Below, piece by piece: positions 1 through 8,963 of a stretch of 64,000 nucleotides of DNA. A program made the translations under genes and the position numbers. Origin of the DNA: Candidatus Undinarchaeota archaeon (GTDB lineage Archaea; SpSt-1190; JASMDC01); assembly GCA_964519305.1 (NCBI GenBank), contig CAZFHY010000013.1:32001-96000 (forward strand), given 5' to 3'. The stretch's first letter is position 1, and each line of letters begins with the position of its first letter. The notes below the pieces were generated by a model. That model saw only the letters and a program-made list of their open reading frames with translations, was not told the origin of the DNA and ran no database searches.

Positions 1-96
1 AATGACATCCTCGATATAGGCTTCGACTATGGCGTTCCCCTGATGGAGGAGAGCGTACCAACGGTTAAATGGCTTGCCCCCCGGGTCGGGCGGTAG
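1..96 (+). CDS. possible 3' end of an upstream gene (partial)
   Basis: Frame 1 is open from the window edge (NDILDIGFDYGVPLMEESVPTVKWLAPRVGR) to TAG at 94-96. No function recognisable. Confidence 0.3.
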   Translation, partial: NDILDIGFDYGVPLMEESVPTVKWLAPRVGR

Positions 97-148
97 GCCC
101 CTGACCCTCGATTATAAAAGAGTACCGCGCTTCTGCGTGAGTGCGCCC

Positions 149-2941
149 ATGTCCGGCGAAGTATTATGGCAGCTTATCCAGGGAGCGGTCCTTCTCACGG
201 GGACGGTGCTCGTTCCCGGTACCCTCTTAGAACGAGCGCTTGTCAGGTCTCGGGAGCGGGTCGAATCGATATTCCTTGCTTTGGTTTTCGGGCCCGTGGC
301 CGTCGGTACCCTGGCAATCTGTCTGGGATTCCTGTTCGGAACAGTCGTGACCACACCACTTCTCCTAATGACCGCAGCGATCATCATCGCGGTGTCACTG
401 AAGGTGATCGCACTCGAACGTCCCGTGTCGTTCCCACGGCTGACACATGTAGATATCCAACGCGGAGTCAGCATCCTGCTCATGCTGCTCGTGGTAGCGG
501 CCGCCCACTGGTCCATCTACGACGTATCCAATCCAAGCATCCATATGAGATGCTCGGTGGGTGTCGTCCGGTTCATGCTCGGGATGTCCCCCCGTTGCCG
601 CATCACGACCCATCTTATCGCAGCCCTCCCCCCGCCCAGTGTCCTTCCGGATGACATGGTGATGACCTGTCCGGACGATCCTGCATGCCCTTTCAGGGCT
701 GAGCTGCATTTCCCCATGAAGACGCTGGTAGGAGAACTGCCTTCAGGTCAGTTCAACATCGCGTACTCCGGAGATGGCCAGGCGGGGTACCCTGTCCTCA
801 TCGCACCGTTCCTCATCTCTCTCCGGTTCATGGGATTCCATGTGTTCCTTCTGCTCACGCGGGTCCTCTGTTCGCTCGGCATCTATGTTCTGCTACGACG
901 GGTGATCGGCGGGCACGCAATCCCTCTCCTCCTTGGGGCAGTGGTCATGCTCAATCCAGTGGCCCTCTCGATGATCACCTTCAACGAGAACCTCGTCGGA
1001 CTGGCACTTGCGACGGCAGCGGCCGTGATGCTGCTTGATGACGGACCGGGTTCGGGTCGAAGGACCTTCGCTGCGGGACTAGTGCTAGGTTCGCTCCTTG
1101 GTGTGCGGCATGTCGCGGTCACCTCGGTCCCTGCTGCCGTGATATATCTCGCGATCTCCTGTAAACGGGGGCGATGCGGCCCCATGCTCATGCTCCTCCT
1201 AACCGGCGCGATCGTAACGCTTCTCCCCTATTTGTACTGGCACCGATTCGTCTTCGGGGATATGCTCGTCAACGAGCTAGCGTACCGCAATCCGCTCTAC
1301 GACTATGTCCTTCCCCTGCTCGGCCTGCCGTTCCGCTCCCGGCTCCTGTTCAACTGGCCGTTCCATGACACCGTGGTCAGACCTCTAGCACTGCCCTTCC
1401 CCACACCGGTCCTCCTGATGTTCACTTTACTGAGCATTTTCGGTGTGGCCCTCACCGCCGTTGGCGTTCTGGGTGCGCTAGTGCTGGCACGGGAGCGTCC
1501 ATATCCGTCCCTGTTCCTTGCCCTATGGTTCATCCCGACGATCGCGTTAATGGGCCTGATAACGGACTGGAGCTATGATAAGTGCACGTTCGTCTACATC
1601 GTCGTCCTTGCACCCGCTGTGTGGATAGGTGTGGGCCTGAACACTCTCGTGCAACGCATGGACGCGCGCGGGCTGGTAACAATCGTGGCCGCGACGATCA
1701 TGATCATGTCGCTTGTCCAATGGATGGGAGCGATGGACGTGCCCGCTGATGATCGATACTCTAAGAACGACGCTGACGAGGATACGCTCGCTCTCCGCAG
1801 GGATGCATGGACATCGGTCCCGCTCCTTCATGGAGGGTTCCGACCGTCGGAGGCCTTTATCGCCGAGTTCCCGTTCTGGTCAGGATCGCGGGTATTCCGC
1901 TGGCGTGACGTCCTTGACTACAACCATGACCGCTCCTCCTTCTCCCCCTGTTCAGCGTACATGGGACCTATGCCTGGATTCACATATTCCACACGTTCAT
2001 CGATGCCCTTGGTCCTGGAAGGCCGCCCTTTCATCCGCGAGTACGTCATGAACTCGGCATTCATCACGGAGATCTCGCCGCCAAGGGTCCAGAGCCTTCC
2101 ATTCAACGAGCTTCACTTTCAACGTCTCCTCACTCTCAAACTCCCTCCCCCAACCCTCGTCCTCGTGCGCGATCCTGGCAGACAGGATAGTAGCATTCTA
2201 GAGAACAGGCTCACACGGATCCTAGTAGGTTCGCCGAACACACCGGTCCTCATCCTTCCAGGAAACACTAATCCTAATCCATCGAAGAGCCCTGATATCC
2301 TTACCGATATGGCGCCGGTCAGACGGTTCGAGGGCAAGATCAAGGAAGGGACGTTCCCGCTGGCCGATGAAGTGCTCTCACGCCCCGGAGCTATCCGAGG
2401 GAGGCTCATCCCCGAGCTCATGGTGGACGCTGAGATCGTGTGGCGGTACGAGGACGATGTCCCATTACTGGTTCGCAGGTCGGTGAACGGACGTGATACG
2501 TGGTTCCTTAACGCTCTGCTCGAAGATGATTGGAATGACGACGCGTCCATCGCACTACATGAGGTCCTGATGCGGATCACGGGTTCTGCGGCCAGGATCG
2601 CCCTGGACCTGCAGGGCGACGTGCTCTCAGTCTCGCTCTCACGCCAGGTCAACTCGGCCGCTCCCGACCACGATGTCCCACTAATGACGATCATCCCGGT
2701 GGAGGAGGTGATGGGGCAAGGCCTCACGCTCAACGTACCTCTTGGCGTTGGGGAGGTCCGACTTTCCGTGGATGGCGAGCATGTCCACACTAGCAGTCTC
2801 GGTCCGGGTGATCAGGAGAGCCCGGTCTTCAAGCTCATGTCGGGTCCGGTACCCATCGGGTGGCTAGAGTTCAAGTTAGAGGACCCAGATAACACCGTTC
2901 CTGACGACGGATCGACGGCGCCCGGTCAGACAAATCCTTAA
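149..2941 (+). CDS. large polytopic membrane protein, GT-C (ArnT/PMT-like) glycosyltransferase-like, with soluble C-terminal domain
   Basis: About 12 TM segments, a GLVLGSLLGVRH motif and PYLYWH...FG. Start placed at ATG 149 by alignment with the paralogue and a TTATAAAA box near 113. Confidence 0.6.
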   Translation: MSGEVLWQLIQGAVLLTGTVLVPGTLLERALVRSRERVESIFLALVFGPVAVGTLAICLGFLFGTVVTTPLLLMTAAIIIAVSLKVIALERPVSFPRLTHVDIQRGVSILLMLLVVAAAHWSIYDVSNPSIHMRCSVGVVRFMLGMSPRCRITTHLIAALPPPSVLPDDMVMTCPDDPACPFRAELHFPMKTLVGELPSGQFNIAYSGDGQAGYPVLIAPFLISLRFMGFHVFLLLTRVLCSLGIYVLLRRVIGGHAIPLLLGAVVMLNPVALSMITFNENLVGLALATAAAVMLLDDGPGSGRRTFAAGLVLGSLLGVRHVAVTSVPAAVIYLAISCKRGRCGPMLMLLLTGAIVTLLPYLYWHRFVFGDMLVNELAYRNPLYDYVLPLLGLPFRSRLLFNWPFHDTVVRPLALPFPTPVLLMFTLLSIFGVALTAVGVLGALVLARERPYPSLFLALWFIPTIALMGLITDWSYDKCTFVYIVVLAPAVWIGVGLNTLVQRMDARGLVTIVAATIMIMSLVQWMGAMDVPADDRYSKNDADEDTLALRRDAWTSVPLLHGGFRPSEAFIAEFPFWSGSRVFRWRDVLDYNHDRSSFSPCSAYMGPMPGFTYSTRSSMPLVLEGRPFIREYVMNSAFITEISPPRVQSLPFNELHFQRLLTLKLPPPTLVLVRDPGRQDSSILENRLTRILVGSPNTPVLILPGNTNPNPSKSPDILTDMAPVRRFEGKIKEGTFPLADEVLSRPGAIRGRLIPELMVDAEIVWRYEDDVPLLVRRSVNGRDTWFLNALLEDDWNDDASIALHEVLMRITGSAARIALDLQGDVLSVSLSRQVNSAAPDHDVPLMTIIPVEEVMGQGLTLNVPLGVGEVRLSVDGEHVHTSSLGPGDQESPVFKLMSGPVPIGWLEFKLEDPDNTVPDDGSTAPGQTNP

Positions 2942-2981
2942 AAAACTCCCCGGCCCTGCACAATACAACAGGGATCACGTC

Positions 2982-5711
2982 GTGTCAGCATCGATCGCCT
3001 GGGAGGTCATCAGGGGAACTGTGCTCCTTTTTGGGACCGTCGTTCTACCCGGCGTCCTGCTAGAGCGGGTGCTGGCGCGCTCCCGGTCTCGCGCTGAGAT
3101 AGCGTTCCTCGCCCCTGTTCTTGGTATTGTCGTGGTCGGGACACTGACGACCTGTCTGGCATTCCTCCTCGGGACCGTGCTAACTGAACGACTTCTCATC
3201 ATAGGTGCCGGGTTGACGGTCCTTGCGTCCATGATGGCGCTCGGAGGACGCATTCCCTCGTGGCCCAGTCCACCCACACGGAACGAGCTGATCCAAGGCC
3301 TCTCAATCGTGGCCATGGTGGCCGTTGTGACGGCTTTCCACTGGTCGGTCTATGACGTGTCCAATCCCGCCATCAACATGCGTTGCTCCGTGATGATCGA
3401 GCGCTACCTCCTGGGTCTGCCGCCTTACTGCCGTCTTAACTCGGACATCGTAGCGGTGCTCCAACCCCCCACGAGTCTGCCCGAGGACATGGCGATGACC
3501 TGTCCGGACGATCCTACCTGTTCCTATCGCGAGGAGGTCTACTATCCCGTCAAGCTAGGTAGTTCACAGGGAAAGTTCCGGGCGGCGTTCTTCGGAGACG
3601 GCCAGTTCGGGTACCCGATAATCATGTCACCTTTCCTTATCTCGCTACGGTTCCTCGGTTTCCATCTGTTCGTTCTCATCACGCGTGCCCTCTGCGCTAT
3701 GGGTACGTACGTCCTGCTGCGCCGTGTGCTCGGAGGACATGGTGTACCCCTCCTCATCGGCGCCCTCGTCATGCTCAATCCGGTAGCGGCCTTCGCAATC
3801 ACGCACAACGAGAACCTCGCCGGGATGTTCCTCGCAACGGCCATGATGCTCCTTGTGCTGGAGGACGGACCCTTCGATGGACGTCGGTTGTTCGCAGCGG
3901 GTATGGTCCTGGGCGCGCTCTTTGGAGCACGCCATTTCATCGCGACCTCTGCTCCGGCTGTGTTCCTGTACGTGGCCCTCTCCCGCCAGCCGGTCCGCAG
4001 AGAGCGCCACCTCATGCTCCTGGCGGCCGGAACGCTCATCACACTCCTACCTTACCTGCACTGGCACCAGTACTTGTTCGGTAGCTTCATGGGTAACGAG
4101 CTGGCGTACCAGCGTGAGCCTGTGGCATACTCATTCCTCGGTACGACCGTCCGCTCCCGCCTCCTCCTGAACTGGCCCTTCTACGATACACTGGTCAGAG
4201 CCCCGAGCTTGCCCCTACCCACCCCCTTCCTCCTCGGCGTCACCTTCCTTCATGCCTTTGGGGTGGTCGGCGCAGCAGCGGGTGTTCTGGGCGTGGTTCA
4301 TCTTACACGCGAGCACCGGGACCTCTCCGTCCTCCTTGTATTGTGGTCCCTTCCCGCCGTCGCCACCATGGCGTTGGTTGCCGACTGGAACTCTCTCAAA
4401 TGCACTTATCTCTTCCTAGTATTCATCGCACCTGCGATGTGGATCGGAGCGGGGATCGACCGCCTCGTACGAGCCCGCGACAAACGGGATCTCGCGCTCG
4501 TAGTGGCTGCTGTGATAGTGCTCTTGGCCACCTCCCGATGGGCAGGTGGACTGGTCTTCCCCATCGATAGTCGCCGTCCCGGTTTCGATTACGGCCCCGA
4601 TGCGTTCGACCGGGACCGTTCCAAATGGACGGATGTGCCACTACTACACGGCGGGCTCAGCCCTTTCGTCCCTATCGCGCCCATGAGCCCAGAGGCGTCC
4701 CCGCCATTCAGGCTCTTCCGGTGGAGCGACGCCCTGAGCTTCCGCGACGACCGAATGGTCTATTCGCCGTGCACGGTCTACGTCGGAGCCCTACCTGGGA
4801 AGGTCGACACACACAGTGCTGAGCTCCCTCTGCGTTACCGGGACCGCACATTTGCGAGCGAGTTCATCATGAACGCCAACTCGGTCTGGAACGCCGACGC
4901 GCTCATGCACGTATCCCGTATCCTCTCGTTCAACGAATTCTACTTCAACCGGACCTTGGGGACGCGTCTGGATCCCAACCTGCTGCTTGTCGACGCCCTC
5001 CGGGGCCGGGAGCCTGCAATGCTGGAGGCACGCCTCGTCGAGCTCCTTGACGTCACCCCTTCGCGGGTACCCCTCCTCATCGCGCTCGGGGACACCGCCA
5101 CAGCAACGACCTTTGCGGGAGGGGGGATGGCCGCATTGTTGCCCGTCCGGTTCACATCGACCGGTCTGGAGAAGGGTAATTACCAGCCAGCGGACCATGT
5201 GCTCACCCGGCCTGAGGCGATTATTGGAAGGGCTTCGGTCGAGCCACGAGTCGATGCTGAAGTGGTATGGCGATACGAGGACGGAATCCCTCTTCTAGTT
5301 CGAGGGCAGGTGCACGGTCATGAGTCTTGGTTCCTCAATGCGCTCCTCCCCTTCGAAGAGGCGCACGAGGCATCGGCTGTTCTCCATGATTCAATGGTGC
5401 GGGCAAAGGGATCTGCAGTCCGGATATCTCTTGATGAGCGGGACGATATCGTTAGACTGGACATGACCCCAATGTCCAACTCCGCAGTCCCCGATCACAT
5501 CCTACCTACCGTCAGCCTGGTGCCGACAACCGTGGAAATGCAGACGGTGGAGGTGCTCGACCTGATGTTCCCCCCCACGATAGGGCAGGTTATCCTCTCG
5601 GTCGAAGGTGAAACGGTCCATACGGTCACGCTGAACAATCCCTCCTCCTACACGATCATGTCGGGACCAGTCCCTGTGGCTAGACTCGTTTTACGGCCAG
5701 AAAGCGTCTAG
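2982..5711 (+). CDS. tandem paralogue of the preceding GT-C-like membrane protein
   Basis: Shares WS[IV]YDVSNP.I.MRCSV, MTCPDDP.C, RSRLL.NWPF.DT.VR, WRYED..PLLVR and MSGPVP with the upstream ORF. Confidence 0.6.
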   Translation: MSASIAWEVIRGTVLLFGTVVLPGVLLERVLARSRSRAEIAFLAPVLGIVVVGTLTTCLAFLLGTVLTERLLIIGAGLTVLASMMALGGRIPSWPSPPTRNELIQGLSIVAMVAVVTAFHWSVYDVSNPAINMRCSVMIERYLLGLPPYCRLNSDIVAVLQPPTSLPEDMAMTCPDDPTCSYREEVYYPVKLGSSQGKFRAAFFGDGQFGYPIIMSPFLISLRFLGFHLFVLITRALCAMGTYVLLRRVLGGHGVPLLIGALVMLNPVAAFAITHNENLAGMFLATAMMLLVLEDGPFDGRRLFAAGMVLGALFGARHFIATSAPAVFLYVALSRQPVRRERHLMLLAAGTLITLLPYLHWHQYLFGSFMGNELAYQREPVAYSFLGTTVRSRLLLNWPFYDTLVRAPSLPLPTPFLLGVTFLHAFGVVGAAAGVLGVVHLTREHRDLSVLLVLWSLPAVATMALVADWNSLKCTYLFLVFIAPAMWIGAGIDRLVRARDKRDLALVVAAVIVLLATSRWAGGLVFPIDSRRPGFDYGPDAFDRDRSKWTDVPLLHGGLSPFVPIAPMSPEASPPFRLFRWSDALSFRDDRMVYSPCTVYVGALPGKVDTHSAELPLRYRDRTFASEFIMNANSVWNADALMHVSRILSFNEFYFNRTLGTRLDPNLLLVDALRGREPAMLEARLVELLDVTPSRVPLLIALGDTATATTFAGGGMAALLPVRFTSTGLEKGNYQPADHVLTRPEAIIGRASVEPRVDAEVVWRYEDGIPLLVRGQVHGHESWFLNALLPFEEAHEASAVLHDSMVRAKGSAVRISLDERDDIVRLDMTPMSNSAVPDHILPTVSLVPTTVEMQTVEVLDLMFPPTIGQVILSVEGETVHTVTLNNPSSYTIMSGPVPVARLVLRPESV

Positions 5712-6043
5712 GCTGCCATGAGCCCGAACTGGAGCAGCACCACGAAGAACAGCATCCAGAGGATGGAGAAGGTGAAGAGATAGAAGGAGAGGCGGGACAG
5801 CCACTCGTACTGCTTTGAGTTGCGCTCCGCTGCCAAGGCCAGCACAGTTATGTAGCTGGTGAGGCCGAAGAAAACAACCGACGCGATGAGGTATATCCCT
5901 ATCATACCGGGCAGTGCCATCCCCGACATCTTGAGGGAGTAGAGGATTCCCACGACCGCCAAGCATATCCCCGCGAACTCGGCCGAGGTGTCGCAGATTG
6001 ACTCCAGTGCATCCCTGCTGATCCCTTTCTCCATGGAGGGCAT
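5708..6043 (-). CDS. small hypothetical membrane protein (3 TM)
   Basis: Hydrophobic C-terminal part of ORF 5708..6274. Start at ATG 6043 (or 6034) avoids overlap with the upstream gene. Confidence 0.55.
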   Translation of the reverse strand: MPSMEKGISRDALESICDTSAEFAGICLAVVGILYSLKMSGMALPGMIGIYLIASVVFFGLTSYITVLALAAERNSKQYEWLSRLSFYLFTFSILWMLFFVVLLQFGLMAA

Positions 6044-6086
6044 GTGCACGTCCTGGAGCTGGGCGTAGTAGGGATTCTCGCGAATG

Positions 6087-6644
6087 CTATCCGGTAGCGT
6101 TGACCTCACCCCCCATGAGCCGAAGGAACTCCTTCCTATTGGTCTCGTTGCATCCGAAGTCCACCCACTCCACCGTGAAGTTCTCATGGTCCTCGGCCCG
6201 GCGATGAAGCACATCGAATAGGCAGCAATGCCCGAGCAGTCGCTCGGCTTCCTTGAGCCGTGCACCACCTTCACCCAGCATCTTCCGGGCGAGGGTGACG
6301 TTCTGGCTCAGCAACCGACACTCCCGGGACTGTTGTAGGATAACACAACCGCCCGGTGAACACGTCACTTCGAACGGCTCGAAAGTGTCGTTCACACCAC
6401 CGACTCTATTGATGTTGTCACGGTGCTTGCCGAGAATGTCCTCACCCTGGATCTTGAGGGCGTCCTGACCCATGAACATCATACTGGTGAACATCCCGAG
6501 CACCGCTATTGCGATGAACAGGCAGGCCGCGAGCGGAGGGATACCGGAGAGGTCGAGCTCACCGGAGATCACCCACTCAACGATGATGACCAGGCACACG
6601 AACACGAAACCGAGCACAACCGCAAGGAAGATGAAGTCCAGCAT
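6087..6644 (-). CDS. hypothetical membrane protein, 2 N-terminal TM and Cys-containing ectodomain
   Basis: Hydrophobic N-terminus, several Cys and N-x-S/T sequons. Co-oriented with neighbours. Confidence 0.6.
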   Translation of the reverse strand: MLDFIFLAVVLGFVFVCLVIIVEWVISGELDLSGIPPLAACLFIAIAVLGMFTSMMFMGQDALKIQGEDILGKHRDNINRVGGVNDTFEPFEVTCSPGGCVILQQSRECRLLSQNVTLARKMLGEGGARLKEAERLLGHCCLFDVLHRRAEDHENFTVEWVDFGCNETNRKEFLRLMGGEVNATG

Positions 6645-6668
6645 CGGGGGAGGGGAGGGTAGTTGAAC

Positions 6669-8963
6669 CTATTTAAACTCTTGGCCCTCGTGCCCGATCT
6701 CTGCTTTGACAGGGGGTCCGCCCGTTATGCGAGTGATGGAGATCCGACCATCTGACTCCGCCTCAACGACGATCTCCGATATGTCCCGGAGCATGGCCAG
6801 ACTCTCAGCAGTGCATATCTTCGCGTCCACACCGAGCACAAGAGCAGAATCGTTGCTCTCGCACAGCGACTTCACATGCGAAGCGAACTTGTAGAGCAGA
6901 GTCGTATCTTCCTTCAAGGCCGACGGTGGAAGTTCCAGAACAGTACAAACGGATCCGATCGGGAAGGACTGGAAGGCACGCCGGAGCTCCCAGGATATCG
7001 TGTTGAGCGTAGCTCCGATGAGATTACATCCCGGCCCCATTTCTTTTGATGTGTCCATGTTGGGATCGACAGATAACAGTCTGAGCCTACCCTGGACGAG
7101 TGCGTCATCGATAGGATCAAGTCGCGCCATCAAACGTTTGAGTATCGTGTGACGTGCCTGCGATACCCATATAGCATGGCGGTGGTGGCGCAGGTTCTTC
7201 GTGATGAACGTGGAGTAGAAATGCTCCTTAGCAAAACCGGGACTGTGGATCAGGAGCACCGAGAAATGGGCGGGGATATGTCCTGCGGGTTGATCTATTG
7301 CCTCGAATCCCCATGGATGGCCGGGCGCGAAGAGCGCATTCGTGAATAGGTCCGTAAGACCTGCCGCCTGGAATATCGGTCGTTCGGCAACAGGTCGGAC
7401 GTTGAGGTCGATTATATGCTTTATATCGTCCCGGCTCATTATGTTCTTGAGCTTCAAATGTATCTCGGCAAGGGTCCGCCGATAGCGAGCTACGAGCTCA
7501 GCGTAGGCTTTTTTTCTCCCCCGTGCCTTGCGCAGCTGCTCCATCGTATCGGCGACATCAACGATTGGGGGTCCTTTCTTCGTCGCAGTGACAGCCTCCT
7601 TCCCCCATATCTCCTCCAGCGTCTGTATGAGGATGCTGCGGAAACCGGCCTCCAGTGGTAGTGCTGGGAAGAGAGCGGTGAACGCGTCCTCCATACCTTG
7701 AACGGCTACACGGTCCTTGGGCATGATGAAACCGGCCACGGCCGGAGGCAGGTTATCGGTATCGTCACCGAACAGCCGGTACAGCTCCTTCCGTAGCTGC
7801 TCCTCTGAGTACTTACGATCGGTATTGGGTGGCGAGAGCGTGGTGAGCAGATTGATCATTCCATTGAAGATGAGTGAGAGGTCATCGACGTTGTCGCCGT
7901 CCTCGAGGTCGATGGTATGTGCATCGAAAGTCCTGTCCTGAGCATCGAACGATAGGTCGCGTAGTGCGGGATTCTCGGCCTTCACCTCGTTCACAAGCGC
8001 CTCCAGTTCCACGGTCCTGATGAACCTTCCAGCGAGGTCACAGATCGCTTCGACCATTGTCTCGCCGGCCCCCTCGTCCTCCTCTCGATGACGTTCCTTG
8101 GTCGGTACCGTACCGAAGGAGGCGTTCAGCATGGCGAGGGCCTGCACCTGAATACCAAGCCCTATGATGGAGCACAGGAATCCCAGGGATACAAAGATGA
8201 ACGTCTCACTGAACACGCGGATCCTGAGATGTGGCGACATCATGTACGCCTCGGCCGCGTACATGCCGACGAACATGATCATCAGCACGTAGTATACCAT
8301 TAGCTCTTGGAGGTTCTTGAACGAGGGGATACGCTTGAGGAGTTGGCTGGTTATCTTAGCACCATACGCTACAATGAGGATAAATGACACCGTGATCGCT
8401 GTAACGAACGGGCCGAGAACGGTCTCTACGTTCAATGGCGGGGCCCACATGAATGGGAGGATAGCGCTACCGAGAGTTATGATGGCGGCTGAGGCCAGAT
8501 AACGAGAGTTTGCAGGAGCGTAGAGATCGGGCTCCAGCGAGAATACCGTGCACCATGAGCGGAAGAAGGCCAAGGCCGTAACCACCATGATGAGTACGAG
8601 GAGGAGCCTTATGCCTGTGAGTGCAACGGGGACCGTGGCAAGACGTTCTTCGTAAAGTGCATTGGGAACTGCGAACTCGCTAGCGTTAATGAGCACGAGA
8701 CCAAGCACGATGAGCAGGTGACCGAGCGTCATAGCATCCCAAACGCGCGACTTGACATTGTCATTGATCTCTGCAACGGCCACAAGGAGCGCATAGAGCG
8801 CAAGGATCCAAACAACCAGGACCAGACCGACGTGCAAGGGGGAGTAGGTATCAATGGCCAGATCGGTCGCTGCCATCCCCTGGACGGGGAGAAGAACGGC
8901 CGCCAAGGCCACGAGAGCGAACAAGCTCCCCCTAATCGATCTTGGCTTCGCCACTTCGTTCAC
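6669..8963 (-). CDS. multi-TM protein with C-terminal degenerate KaiC/RAD55-like RecA-fold domain
   Basis: About 8 TM helices, then WGFEAIDQPAGHIP..SVLLIHSPGFAKE, which matches the KaiC 'TG...LD...GG.P......G.PG.GK' start with a degenerate Walker A. Confidence 0.65.
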   Translation of the reverse strand: MNEVAKPRSIRGSLFALVALAAVLLPVQGMAATDLAIDTYSPLHVGLVLVVWILALYALLVAVAEINDNVKSRVWDAMTLGHLLIVLGLVLINASEFAVPNALYEERLATVPVALTGIRLLLVLIMVVTALAFFRSWCTVFSLEPDLYAPANSRYLASAAIITLGSAILPFMWAPPLNVETVLGPFVTAITVSFILIVAYGAKITSQLLKRIPSFKNLQELMVYYVLMIMFVGMYAAEAYMMSPHLRIRVFSETFIFVSLGFLCSIIGLGIQVQALAMLNASFGTVPTKERHREEDEGAGETMVEAICDLAGRFIRTVELEALVNEVKAENPALRDLSFDAQDRTFDAHTIDLEDGDNVDDLSLIFNGMINLLTTLSPPNTDRKYSEEQLRKELYRLFGDDTDNLPPAVAGFIMPKDRVAVQGMEDAFTALFPALPLEAGFRSILIQTLEEIWGKEAVTATKKGPPIVDVADTMEQLRKARGRKKAYAELVARYRRTLAEIHLKLKNIMSRDDIKHIIDLNVRPVAERPIFQAAGLTDLFTNALFAPGHPWGFEAIDQPAGHIPAHFSVLLIHSPGFAKEHFYSTFITKNLRHHRHAIWVSQARHTILKRLMARLDPIDDALVQGRLRLLSVDPNMDTSKEMGPGCNLIGATLNTISWELRRAFQSFPIGSVCTVLELPPSALKEDTTLLYKFASHVKSLCESNDSALVLGVDAKICTAESLAMLRDISEIVVEAESDGRISITRITGGPPVKAEIGHEGQEFK

